Source: an uncultured Candidatus Rokubacteria bacterium
GTDB lineage: Bacteria; Methylomirabilota; Methylomirabilia; Rokubacteriales; CSP1-6
Assembly (NCBI GenBank): GCA_963762145.1
Contig: CAVXJS010000019.1
Coordinates: 128,001 to 192,000, forward strand
DNA length: 64,000 nucleotides
Reading direction: 5' to 3'
Below the pieces are notes generated by a model, which was given only the letters and a program-made list of their open reading frames with translations, was not told the origin of the DNA and did no database searches. A program made the position numbers and the translations under genes. Below are positions 30,300-40,017 of the stretch, piece after piece (position 1 is the stretch's first letter; every line of letters starts with the position of its first letter).

Positions 30300-31690
30300 T
30301 CACGCCGCGGCCTCCGGGCACACCTCCGGAATGGTCTGGTCCAGCACCGAGACGATGCGGTCGATCTCGGGGCGGGTGAGGACGAGCGGCGGGGCCAGCA
30401 CGATGGTGTTGCCGAGGTGGCGCGCCGCCGCCCGAGCGGCCCGACGATCACCCCGCGCTCCTGGCAGCGGTCCACCAGCTTCTTGATCTGGGCGCGCGGG
30501 CATGATCGCCTTGGACTTGCGGTCGACGACCAGCTCGACGCCCGCGTAGAGGCCCTTGCCCCGCACGTCGCCGACCCACGGGTGGCGCATCAGGGTCTTG
30601 AGCCCGTCGAGGAGATAGGCGCCGTTCTCGGCCGAGCGCTGGGCCAGCTTCTCCTCGAGCAGGATCTCGATGTTGCGCAGGGCCACCGCCGCGGCCACCG
30701 GATGGCCGCCGTAGGTGTTGACCTGGTTGACCTGGCGGTTCTCGGACGCCTCGCCGATGAAGGACTGTGAAGACGCGAGTTGCGCACCACGGTGGCGGCC
30801 ATCGGCAGGTACGCGCTCGAGATGCCCTTGGCCACCGTGACGATGTCGGGCTTCACGCCCGCAGTGCTGGTGGGCGAAGAGCTCGCCCGGTGCGGCCGAA
30901 GCCGTTGATGACCTCGTCCACGTGCAGGAGGATGCCGTACTGCTTGCAGAGGTCGGCCACCGCGGGCAGGTAGCCGTCGGGAGGAACCGCTACGCCCGAC
31001 CGCGCTCATGACCGGCTCGATGATGACCTCGGCCACCGTCTCGGGGCCCTTCGCCCTGGATCGTCGTCTCCATGTTCTTGACGCAGGCCAGATCGCAGCT
31101 CGTGGGCTCGAGGCCGAAGGGGCAGCGGTAGCAGTAGGGCGGCGCCACGTGCACGAACTCGTTGCCGGAGAGCGGCTCGAACTTCATCTTGCGGTCGCCC
31201 ATGCCGCCCGCGGCCAGCGTGGCCAGCGTCGTGCCGTGGTAGCCGTAGTACCGGCTGATCGTCTTGTAGCGGTTCTGCTGCGGGTACTCGTGGCGCGGCG
31301 TACTGGCGCGCGAACTTGAACGCGGCCTCGTTGGCCTCCGAGCCCGAGCTGACGAAGTAGACGTGGTTGTCGCCGCCGAGCAGCCCGTTGACCTTCTCGG
31401 CCAGCGCGGCGGCGGGCAGCGTTCATCGCGGTGTGCGGGTAGTAGGAGAGCTTGCGCATCTGCTCGGCGGCCACGTCGGCGAGCTCGGTGCGGCCGTAGC
31501 CGATGTTCACGCACCAGAGCCCGGCCATGCCGTCGAGGTACTCGCGGCCGTCGGCGTCGACCACCGTCGAGTCCTTGGCGGAGACGATGACGAGCTGCTG
31601 CTGCTCGAGCTGCTTGTGCGGCACGATCGGGTGGATGACGTTGTCGAGGTCTTTCCTGACGACAACCGCGCGCTGGTCGGGGGTGGGCAT
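30300..31690 (-). CDS. Class III aminotransferase (omega-amino acid type); multiple frameshifts
   Basis: YLDGMAGLWCVNIGYGR, SGSEANEAAFK, YHGTTL, DEVINGFGRTG, PDIVTVAKG, GDVRGKGL across frames. Confidence 0.85.
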
Positions 31691-31710
31691 GGGGGCCTCC
31701 TGGTTGATGC

Positions 31711-33297
31711 CTAGCTCGAGACTTCCTCGGGTCGCAGCCGGAGCTTGGGGGCGTAGAACGAGGCCTCCTGGGCGCCGCGGAGGCACTGGCGCGTGAACTC
31801 GATCAGGTGGTGGCTGACCACCGCGGCCTGGATCATCTCCTCGGCCTGCCCGGCCCGCAGCGCGCGACCGGCGACGCGCCAGAACGTGGCGCGGTAGTCG
31901 CCGCGGATGCCGATCTGCCACACGATGCGCCCGAGGAGGGCCAGCCCGGACGCCACGTTGCGCCACGATGCCCGCTGCCGGTTCCGCGGATAGGCCGGGC
32001 GCTTCCGGACGGTGCGGGCCAGGTGGTGGGCGAAGCGCCGGTAGATCGCCTCCGGCGCGTAGGCGGCGCCGATGCAGCGCCGCCACATGTCGAGGACCTT
32101 CGCCTCGGGGAGCCGGAAGACGACGTTGGACTCGCGGCCGCCGTCCGCGAGAATGCGCCCCTCCCGGGCCAGCCGATCCCACAGCGGGGTCTTGGGCAGG
32201 GCGTAGAGGATGTTGATCGTCAGCATCGGGATCTGCGAGGCCTCGATGAAGTCGATCAGGTGTCCCGCGGTCGCCTCGGTGTCGGTGTCGAGCCCGAGGA
32301 TGATGCCCGAGACCACCTCGAGCCCGTACTCGTTCAGCCGGGCGACCGCCTCCAGGATCGGCATGCGGAGGTTCTGGTCCTTCGACATCGAGCGGAGCGC
32401 GTCGGGCTCGGGCGTCTCGATCCCGCAGAACACCGCGTAGAACCCGGCGTCGCGCATCAGGGCGAGCACCCGCTCGTTCTTCGCGATGTTCAGCGTGGCC
32501 TCGCACGCGAAGCGCACCGGGAACCGGTTGCGGCGCTGCCACTCGACCAGGTGGGGGAGCAGCTCCAGCGCGGCCTTCTGGTTCGCGATGAAGTTGTCGT
32601 CCACGAAGTAGATGGTGACCGCGCCGCCCGCCACCAGCGCGTCGAGCTCGGCCAGCACCTGCGCGGCGGTCTTGAGGCGTGGATTGCGCCCGTAGAGCGC
32701 GGGGATGTCGCAGAACTCGCACGAGTAGGGGCAGCCGCTCGAGAACTGGATGCTCGAGATGAAGTACTGGGGGAGCTGGATCAAGTGGTAGGCGGGCAGC
32801 GGGAACTCGGTCAGCGGCGTGCGCGTCCCGGTATCGAAGCGGAGCTGCTCGCGCGGCCGGCCGGTATGCCCGTCGAGCCATTCGATGATCGCGTCGGTCG
32901 AGTCGCCCATCTCGCCAACCTGGATGAGATCGGCGCCCGGGTAGTGCTCCGGGCAGCCCGAGACCGAGGGGCCGCCCAGCACCACCGGCTTGCCCAGGCG
33001 GTGGGCGCGCGCGATGACGTCCTCGATGAAGGGGCGCTGCACGTGCATGCCGGAGAGGAAGATCGCGTCGGCCCAGGCGAGCTCGCCGGGGCCGGCCTCG
33101 CGCGCGTTCTCGTCCACGAAGCGCACCTCCCACGACTCGGGCAGGTAGGCCGCGATCACCAGCAGCCCCTGGGGCGGCATGAAGGCGCGGATGCGCCCGC
33201 CGAAGAGCGGGTAGGAGTAGTGGAACGTGCCGAAGGACGGCGCGTACCGCGGCGAGACGCAGAGGATGCGCCGGCGGTTCAGAGGCGCGTAGCTCAT
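31711..33297 (-). CDS. hpnP: B12-dependent radical SAM methyltransferase, hopanoid C-2 methylase HpnP
   Basis: RRILCVSPRYAPSFGTF..SYPL, AFMPPQGLLVIAAYLP, SGMHVQR, SSGCPYSCEFCDIPALYGRNPRLK, EVVSGIILGLDTD, SHHLI, ASFY: resembles HpnP along its full length as I recall the family. Confidence 0.85.
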   Translation of the reverse strand: MSYAPLNRRRILCVSPRYAPSFGTFHYSYPLFGGRIRAFMPPQGLLVIAAYLPESWEVRFVDENAREAGPGELAWADAIFLSGMHVQRPFIEDVIARAHRLGKPVVLGGPSVSGCPEHYPGADLIQVGEMGDSTDAIIEWLDGHTGRPREQLRFDTGTRTPLTEFPLPAYHLIQLPQYFISSIQFSSGCPYSCEFCDIPALYGRNPRLKTAAQVLAELDALVAGGAVTIYFVDDNFIANQKAALELLPHLVEWQRRNRFPVRFACEATLNIAKNERVLALMRDAGFYAVFCGIETPEPDALRSMSKDQNLRMPILEAVARLNEYGLEVVSGIILGLDTDTEATAGHLIDFIEASQIPMLTINILYALPKTPLWDRLAREGRILADGGRESNVVFRLPEAKVLDMWRRCIGAAYAPEAIYRRFAHHLARTVRKRPAYPRNRQRASWRNVASGLALLGRIVWQIGIRGDYRATFWRVAGRALRAGQAEEMIQAAVVSHHLIEFTRQCLRGAQEASFYAPKLRLRPEEVSS

Positions 33298-33352
33298 GCG
33301 CATCAGGCGCGGGGAGAGGACAGGAACCGAGACGACCGCGCGGCCGGTCCGC

Positions 33353-34241
33353 TCAGGCGGAGCTCGCGGCGCCGGCGGGCTGCTCGATGTCGAGCGTGGT
33401 GACCCGGCGGAGCTCCCGGCGGTACTTCGCGTCGTCGAACGGGCGCGCCCGGTGCATGGTGGCGCGGTTGTCCCAGATCACGAGATCGCCCACGCGCCAC
33501 TGGTGGCGGTAGACGAACTCGGGCCGGGTGGCGTGCTCGATCAGGTCGCGCAGCAGCAGGCGGCCCTCGGGCACCGGCCAGTCGATGATCCGCGACGCGT
33601 GGGAGGCGACGTACAGCGAGCGGCGCTTCGAGCGCGGGATCGTCCGGATGAGGGGATGGATCGCGCCCTTGAGCGCGTCCTGCTCGCTCTCCGAGAACTC
33701 GAAGCCGAGCGTCTGGCGGGAGTGGGCGATCGAGTGGTGCACGCGAAGCCCCTCCAGGCGCGCCTTCTCCTCGTCGGGGAGCGCGTCGTAGGCCGCGCGC
33801 ATGTCCGCGTACTCGGTGTCCGCGTCCACCGGGGGGACGACCTTGGCCGAGAGCATCGAGTACCGGCCGGGCGGATCCTGGAAGGAGGCGTCGGTGTGCC
33901 AGAGCCGGTTGCCGAGCCCGTACATCCGCCGGCGGCTGTCGGACCTCATGATCTCGCCGTTCTCGTCGAGGTTCGAGATGTCGCCGAGCGCCTCGTTGCC
34001 GAACCGGTTCTTCTGGATCGCGCTGCTACCGAGCTTGGTGTGGAGCGCTCCGTCCAGTCGCTGGGCGAAGTCGAGCTGCTCGGCGATCGGTGAAGGGCTG
34101 GTCGTGGAAGACGAGGACCGCGTACTCGTCCATGCCCGCGCGGATCTCCGCGAGGGTCTCCGGATCGTGGACCCGGCGCAGGTCCACCGGGCCGACCTCG
34201 CCGACGAAGTGCGGGTGAAGCTTGCGGAATGTCAGGGCCAT
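33353..34241 (-). CDS. TauD/TfdA-family Fe(II)/2-oxoglutarate dioxygenase (TfdA-like); frameshift near 34080
   Basis: NRLWHTDASF (HxD), YVASHA, WDNRATMHRA. Confidence 0.9.
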
Positions 34242-34357
34242 GACATGTCTCCCGCCACGAATCTAGGCCGACCGGGCCGGGGAGTCAAGCAAACGGTCGG
34301 TCCCGTCGACAAGCCGCGCGGGACCGTGCCAAGATGCGCGCCGGGAGGCGACCTGAC

Positions 34358-35290
34358 ATGAACGTCGGATTCATCGGACTGGGACTCATGGGCGCCAGCA
34401 TGGCGTCGAATCTGCAAACCGCCGGCCACGCGCTGTTCGTGCACGACGTGCGGAAGGCGGCCGCCGCCCCGCATCTGAGCGCGGGTGCGGTCTGGAAGGA
34501 CAGCCCCCGCGCGGTCGCCGAGGCCGCCGAGGTGGTGTTCACGTCGCTGCCCGGCCCGCCCGAGGTCGAGCAGGTCGCCATCGGGCCGGACGGGCTCCTC
34601 CACGGCGTCCGCGCGGGCTCGGCGGTCTTCGATCTTTCCACCAACGCGCCGGCCCTGGTGCGGCGGCTCGACGGGCTCTTCGGGGCCCGCGGAGCGCATG
34701 TGCTCGACGCCCCGGTGAGCGGGGGGCCGACGGGCGCGCGGACGCGCCGGCTGGCGATCTGGGTGGGCGGCGAGCGCGCGGTGTACGATCGCTACCGCCC
34801 GCTGCTCGAGGCGATGGGCGATCAGCCCTACTACGTGGGCCCGGTGGGCGCGGGCGCGGTGGCCAAGCTCGTGCACAACTGCGCCAGCTTCACGATCCGC
34901 GCCGTGCTGGCCGAGGTGTTCAGCATGGGCGTGAAGGCGGGCGTGGCCCCGGAGCTGCTCTGGCAGGCGGTGCGCCAGGGCAACAGCGGTCGCCGGCGCA
35001 CCTTCGACGTGCTGGCCGAGAAGTTTCTGCCCGGGGAGTTCGAGCCGCCGTCCTTCGCGCTCCGGCTGGGTCACAAGGACGTCTCGCTGGCCACCGCGCT
35101 CGGTCGCGAGGTCGGCGTGCCGATGCGGCTGGCCAACCTGGCGCTCGAGGAGATCACCGAAGCGCTCGGCCGCGGCTGGGGCGACCGGGACTCGAGCAGC
35201 TTCATGCTGCTGGAGGAGGAGCGCGCGGGCGTGACGATCAAGGTGCCCCGGGAGCGCCTCCAGCAGATCCTCGAGCAAGACGGACGGTGA
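34358..35290 (+). CDS. 3-hydroxyisobutyrate/tartronate-semialdehyde dehydrogenase family
   Basis: GFIGLGLMG, LDAPVSGG, AKLVHN, FALRLGHKD. Confidence 0.9.
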   Translation: MNVGFIGLGLMGASMASNLQTAGHALFVHDVRKAAAAPHLSAGAVWKDSPRAVAEAAEVVFTSLPGPPEVEQVAIGPDGLLHGVRAGSAVFDLSTNAPALVRRLDGLFGARGAHVLDAPVSGGPTGARTRRLAIWVGGERAVYDRYRPLLEAMGDQPYYVGPVGAGAVAKLVHNCASFTIRAVLAEVFSMGVKAGVAPELLWQAVRQGNSGRRRTFDVLAEKFLPGEFEPPSFALRLGHKDVSLATALGREVGVPMRLANLALEEITEALGRGWGDRDSSSFMLLEEERAGVTIKVPRERLQQILEQDGR

Positions 35291-37326
35291 AGCGGCCCGG
35301 GCTCGCGCTGCTGGGCGCGCTGATGCTCTGGCCGGCGGCGGCCAGCGCGCAGGCGCCGCCGAGCCCCGCGCTGACGAGCTACGTGCAAGGTCTCGACGCG
35401 CTCCGGCAGGGCCGCTACGACGAGGCGGCCGCGGCCCTCGGCCGCGCGGTGCAGGCCGGGCCGGATCCCTCGTTCGTCCTGGCCCGCGGGGTGGCGCAGT
35501 GTCTCGGGGAGAAGCCTCGCGAGGCGATCGCCGACTTCGAGCAGGCCAAGCGGGCGGGACTGCGCTCGCGCGAGGCCGATCTCTGGATCTACACCGCGCA
35601 GATGATGAGCGGAGGCCGCGAGCGGAGCAGCCTCGACAACAAGGGCCGCGGCGGGCAGGGCTGGTTCGGCGGGGCGCCCGGCCACGTCATCCAGGGACGC
35701 GACGACTACCCGACCGACTACGCGTCGTTCGTGTACTACGAGATGGCGACGCCTTACAGCAAGGGCGTGACACCGGCGGTGCGGCACGCGATGCGGCAGG
35801 CCGGCGCCTGGTTCGCCAACCGCGCGGCCACGCGCGCCGACCTGGCCCCCGTGCACCTCGCCCGCGCCCGCGAGCTCTTTGCTCAAGGGAGCTACGCGGC
35901 GGTGCTCGACTCGCTCGCGTTCGTGCGCGGGGTGTACCCCGCGAACGCGGACGTGCACGCCTACTCGGGTGGCGCGTGGCTGCAGCTCGGCCGGTCGGCG
36001 AGCGCGCGGCGCGAGCTGACCATCGGGCTGACGCAGCAGACCCGCGCCCCCGACGTCTACGTGAGCCGTGCGGTGGCGGCGGCGCGCCTGGGTGATGGCG
36101 CGCGCGCCCGCTCCGATCTCGAGACCGCCTCGCGGTACGACGCCGCCCTCGGCGCCCGGGTCCGCGCGCAGGTCGAGAAGGAGATCGCGGCGGGCCGGGC
36201 GGACGGCCAGCCGGAGTCCCTGCTGGCGGCGCTGGAGTCGAGCGCCCGCGGCGGCGCGCCGCAGGAGACGCTGGTCGGCCAGGCCCTGACGCTCCATCGG
36301 GCGCTGGCGCCCCGGCGTCTCCGCTACGACGAGTGGTACCAGGACCGCATGCGTGAGCTGGAAGACGCTCAGCGCGCCCCGCCCAAGTCGCCGCCGCCGT
36401 ACGTGGCGCTGGCCCGCTTCCTGATCGAGGAGGCGAACCTGGCGTACCGCGGCGAGGACGTCGAGCCGCGGCAAGGGCCGCAACCCTTCCGCTGGCAGCT
36501 CTCGCGCCAGGCCGAGCTGCGCCGCGCGGTGGTGGTGTGCGACGAGGCGCTGGCCGCGCAGCCCGGCCACATCGGGGCCCAGACCGCGAAGGCGATCGCG
36601 CTGGTGCGCCTGGGCGACGCGGCCACCGCCGAGCAGATCGTCAACCGCGTGCTCGCCGACGCGCCGCAGAACCCGGAAGCCCTCCGGCTGCGGGGGAAGT
36701 TCCTGGTGGAGCGCGCGGGGGCGCTGTACGCGCAGGCCGCTGCGCTCCGCGCCCCGCGCATCGAGACCAGCTCGCATACCGAGACCCGCTCCGACGGGGT
36801 CTACCGCGTGACCCAGACGACCTACCATGCCCCCACCGGCGACGCCCTGGCGCAGGCGGCCCAGCTCGAGGCCCAGGCCGCGGAGCTGATGCGCGCCTCG
36901 CGGGCCGCGCTCGCCGCCGCGCTCGCGGTGCTCAAGGACACCTTCGAGGGCGACATGCTCCAGGCCGAGGTGGACTTCGCGGCGGGCCGTCACGAGGCGG
37001 CCTTCGCCGATCTGCAGAGCGCGCTCCGGCGACAGCCGCGCTCGCTCGACGCGGCGGCGAGCACGGACGAGGCGGGGCGCGAGATCTCGGTCGCCCTCGT
37101 CAATCGCGACCGCGACCTGACCGCGACGATCGAGGTGACGGGGGCGGACGTGGCGGGGCCGGTGCGAGTCTGGGAGGTGAACGGGCCCGACGTCGGCGCG
37201 ATGAACTCGTTCGAGGCACCGCGCCGCGTGGACGTGCGTGAGAGCCGGGCCACCGCGCGGAGCGGCGGGCTCGACCACGTGTGCCCGGCGCACTCCATCA
37301 CGATCCTGCGCCTGACCGCCCGCTGA
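35287..37326 (+). CDS. Exported TPR-repeat protein with a C-terminal GH51 arabinofuranosidase-C-like beta domain
   Basis: Signal peptide and several TPR helices; the last ~95 aa (LDAAAS...VALVNRD...NSFEAP...PAHSITILRL) resemble the Alpha-L-AF_C domain. Confidence 0.7.
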   Translation: MKRPGLALLGALMLWPAAASAQAPPSPALTSYVQGLDALRQGRYDEAAAALGRAVQAGPDPSFVLARGVAQCLGEKPREAIADFEQAKRAGLRSREADLWIYTAQMMSGGRERSSLDNKGRGGQGWFGGAPGHVIQGRDDYPTDYASFVYYEMATPYSKGVTPAVRHAMRQAGAWFANRAATRADLAPVHLARARELFAQGSYAAVLDSLAFVRGVYPANADVHAYSGGAWLQLGRSASARRELTIGLTQQTRAPDVYVSRAVAAARLGDGARARSDLETASRYDAALGARVRAQVEKEIAAGRADGQPESLLAALESSARGGAPQETLVGQALTLHRALAPRRLRYDEWYQDRMRELEDAQRAPPKSPPPYVALARFLIEEANLAYRGEDVEPRQGPQPFRWQLSRQAELRRAVVVCDEALAAQPGHIGAQTAKAIALVRLGDAATAEQIVNRVLADAPQNPEALRLRGKFLVERAGALYAQAAALRAPRIETSSHTETRSDGVYRVTQTTYHAPTGDALAQAAQLEAQAAELMRASRAALAAALAVLKDTFEGDMLQAEVDFAAGRHEAAFADLQSALRRQPRSLDAAASTDEAGREISVALVNRDRDLTATIEVTGADVAGPVRVWEVNGPDVGAMNSFEAPRRVDVRESRATARSGGLDHVCPAHSITILRLTAR

Positions 37327-37329
37327 CGG

Positions 37330-38556
37330 TCAGCCCTCGGCCGCGACGGTCTTGAAGGCGCGCTCCGCGGCCTCGAGCGTGCGCGCCACGTCCTCCTCAG
37401 TGTGGGCCGCCGACACGAACCAGTTGTGGGTGGGGTGGGCGTAGGCGCCGCCCGCGGTCACCAGCCCGCACCAGCGGCGCGTGCGCCGCCGCTCGGGGTC
37501 GTCGACGAAGCGGATCACCGGCATCGCGGGCTGGCCGACCGGCATCAGCGGGACGCCGTGGCGCCGCGCCTGCTCGGCGAGGCCGTCGCACAGGAGCGCG
37601 CCGGTCCGCTGGATGCGCGCGATCGCGTCGGTGCGCGCGAGGACGTCGAGGGTGGCCAGCGCTGCCGCGAAGGAGGCGCTCGCGAAGAAGAACGAACCGG
37701 TGAAGTAGATGCGCTCGGCGGCCGGGCGGAGCGCCTCGCGCGCGAGGCCGGCGGAGAGGGCGTGGCCGTTGGCGATGGCCTTGGAGTAGCAGATCAGGTC
37801 GGGCGCGGCCCCGAAGTGCTCGCACGAGCCGCCCAGGTTGAACCGGAAGCCGGCGCGCACGTCGTCCATCGCGAAGAGCGCGCCGTGAGCGTCGCAGAGG
37901 GCGCGGAGGCCCGCGAAGAAGCCGGGGGCGGGGGCCGCGCCGGTCACGTGGTCGAACGGGGCGGTCATCACCACCGCGATCTCGCCCGGGTGCGCGGCGA
38001 ACAGGGCGCCGAGCTCGTCGAGGTCGTTCCACGCGAACTCGAGCAGGTCGTCGCGATAGTGCGCGGGCACGCCGGGGAGGTGGGGGAGGGCCCACGGGCG
38101 CGCGGCGTGGTAAGCGCCCCGGACCCGGGCGATCCGCGGCCGGCCGGTATGCCCGCGCGCCACGTCCACCGCCCAGCTCGTCGCGTCCGCGCCGTTCTTG
38201 CCGAAGACGGCGAAGTCCGCGCGTGGCGTGACGGCGACCAGCCGCTCCGCCAGCTCCACCATGCGCGGGCCCGGCAGGGGTAGGCAGTCGCCGCCGGCCC
38301 GCTGCTCGGCCACCGCCGCCTCGATCGCGGGGTGACCGTACCCCAGGATCATGGGTCCATAGGCGCACATCCAGTCGACGTACTCGTTGCCGTCGACGTC
38401 CCAGACGCGGGAGCGCTCGGCGCGGGCGAGGAACCGGGGATGCTCCTCCCCGAGGGCGGCGCCGTTCTGGTGGCCGTAGACGCCGCCCGGCATGACCCGC
38501 CGCGCGCGCTCCCACAGCGCGTGGCTCGCGGCGAGGCGGGGGGACGGAGTGTCCAT
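37330..38556 (-). CDS. Class III aminotransferase, glutamate-1-semialdehyde aminomutase-like
   Basis: VMPGG, WDVDGNEYVD, KNGADAT, DDVRAGFR, YSKAIANG. Confidence 0.85.
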   Translation of the reverse strand: MDTPSPRLAASHALWERARRVMPGGVYGHQNGAALGEEHPRFLARAERSRVWDVDGNEYVDWMCAYGPMILGYGHPAIEAAVAEQRAGGDCLPLPGPRMVELAERLVAVTPRADFAVFGKNGADATSWAVDVARGHTGRPRIARVRGAYHAARPWALPHLPGVPAHYRDDLLEFAWNDLDELGALFAAHPGEIAVVMTAPFDHVTGAAPAPGFFAGLRALCDAHGALFAMDDVRAGFRFNLGGSCEHFGAAPDLICYSKAIANGHALSAGLAREALRPAAERIYFTGSFFFASASFAAALATLDVLARTDAIARIQRTGALLCDGLAEQARRHGVPLMPVGQPAMPVIRFVDDPERRRTRRWCGLVTAGGAYAHPTHNWFVSAAHTEEDVARTLEAAERAFKTVAAEG

Positions 38557-38593
38557 CGCCGGGCATGATAGCACCCGGCCGCGGACAGCCGCG

Positions 38594-38983
38594 CTAGCGC
38601 TGCTCGAGGCCCAGCGCCATCACGGTCGCCTGATCCGGGCGGCCGGTGACGCGGAGCCCATGACGGCGCTGGAAGGCGCGCAGCGCCTCCGCGGTATGGG
38701 TGTTCATCATCGCCTCGGTCGGCCCCGCGGAATAGCCCCGCTCCTTCAGGGCGGCGCGCACCGCCCGGAGGCGCTCCTCGTATCGGGTCACCAGTACCGA
38801 CGGCTGGTGCTGGCGGGAGTACTCCATCCGGTGCATCAGGTCGCGCTCCCAGCGGCCGGTCATGGTGAGCCCGATCTCGATGACCCCGTACACCACGAGC
38901 ACCGCGAGGCCCGCGACGAGAGGAAAGAAGACCACCGGTCGAAGGATGTGCCGCCGTAGCGGGCCGCTCAGTTGGTCGATCAT
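38594..38983 (-). CDS. Membrane-anchored peptidoglycan-binding domain protein
   Basis: TM segment plus PG_binding_1-like LKERGY..G...TAEALRAFQRRHGLRVTG..D. Confidence 0.75.
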   Translation of the reverse strand: MIDQLSGPLRRHILRPVVFFPLVAGLAVLVVYGVIEIGLTMTGRWERDLMHRMEYSRQHQPSVLVTRYEERLRAVRAALKERGYSAGPTEAMMNTHTAEALRAFQRRHGLRVTGRPDQATVMALGLEQR

Positions 38984-38996
38984 GCCGAGCGGCAAT

Positions 38997-39012
38997 TGCA
39001 ACCGGTGTGCCG
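38997..39012 (-). promoter_or_regulatory. sigma54 (-24/-12) promoter
   Basis: CGGCAC-ACCGG-TTGCA just upstream of ATG 38983. Confidence 0.6.
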
Positions 39013-39118
39013 TGGGCGAGGCCTCGAAAGTCGGGGAAATTCGCGGGTCGTCCGGCGCGAGGAGTTCCCGGCGGAAGAAACTACCGAGAACGGAATGACC
39101 GGCAGCTGCGCGCGGGTG

Positions 39119-40006
39119 CTAGAGGTGCGGGAGAACGGTGGAGGCGAAGAGCCAGGTGCCTTCGGGCCGGGGCACGTCGGCGAAGTTGACGGTGAGCCGG
39201 CGAGCGCCCTGCTTGATGATGCCCCGCATCGTCTCGGTCACCTGGGCGGGGGTGCCGACGATCTGGATGTCGCTCAGCGAGCGGGTGCCCGGCGCCTTCT
39301 TCAGGCGCGCGATCTCTCGCTCGTTCTCCGCGATCAGGATGCCGACGCGGACCACCTGCTCGATCGTGTCGTAGTCGCGTCCCACGTCGCGACAGTGGGC
39401 CTTGAGCACTTCCTGCTTGTGGGCGTAGGCCTCCGGCCCTTTCCAGACGTAGTTCCACCAGTCGGCGTGCGCGGCCACCACCCGCAGCAGGTACTTCTCG
39501 CCGGAGCCGCCCACCATGACCGGCGGCACCGGGCTGGGCCGCGGCTCGCAGTAGGCGCCCGAGATCTGATAGTGCTCGCCGCGGTACTCGGCCGGCGCTC
39601 CGGCCCACATGCCCCGGATCAGCTCGATGGCTTCCGCCAGCTGGGCGATGCGCACCCGGGCGGGCGGGTAGGGAAAGCCGTAGGTCCGGTACTCCTCCTC
39701 GTTCCACCCCGCGCCGATGCCCAGGATCACCCGCCCGCCCGAGAGGGCCTGCGCGGTCGCCGCCATCTTGGCCAGGTGGGCCGGGTTGCGGAAGCTGTTG
39801 CAGAGCACCTCGTGGCCGCAACGCTTGTCGGGATAGCGGGCCAGCGCCCAGGTGAGGAGCGTCCAGCCCTCCGCCACCTTGTGGGCGCCGTACTGCAGGT
39901 GGTCCGGCATCCAGAGGATGTCGAAGGGCGAGACGGTCTGGTCGAAGTACGGGAAGGTGTCCTCGACGAGCCGCGACCAGATGTTGAGCCCGACGGGAAC
40001 CGCCAC
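39119..40006 (-). CDS. LLM-class flavin-dependent oxidoreductase
   Basis: LWMPDH, FRNPAHLAKMAAT, LGIGAGW, VGGSGEK...ADWWN. Confidence 0.88.
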   Translation of the reverse strand: MAVPVGLNIWSRLVEDTFPYFDQTVSPFDILWMPDHLQYGAHKVAEGWTLLTWALARYPDKRCGHEVLCNSFRNPAHLAKMAATAQALSGGRVILGIGAGWNEEEYRTYGFPYPPARVRIAQLAEAIELIRGMWAGAPAEYRGEHYQISGAYCEPRPSPVPPVMVGGSGEKYLLRVVAAHADWWNYVWKGPEAYAHKQEVLKAHCRDVGRDYDTIEQVVRVGILIAENEREIARLKKAPGTRSLSDIQIVGTPAQVTETMRGIIKQGARRLTVNFADVPRPEGTWLFASTVLPHL

Positions 40007-40017
40007 GGTGGGAGCCG

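Noticed and set aside
37330-38556. Authentic hemL
   Set aside because: Motifs are divergent (KNGADAT, DDVRAGFR) and no tetrapyrrole genes are nearby; called only a class III aminotransferase
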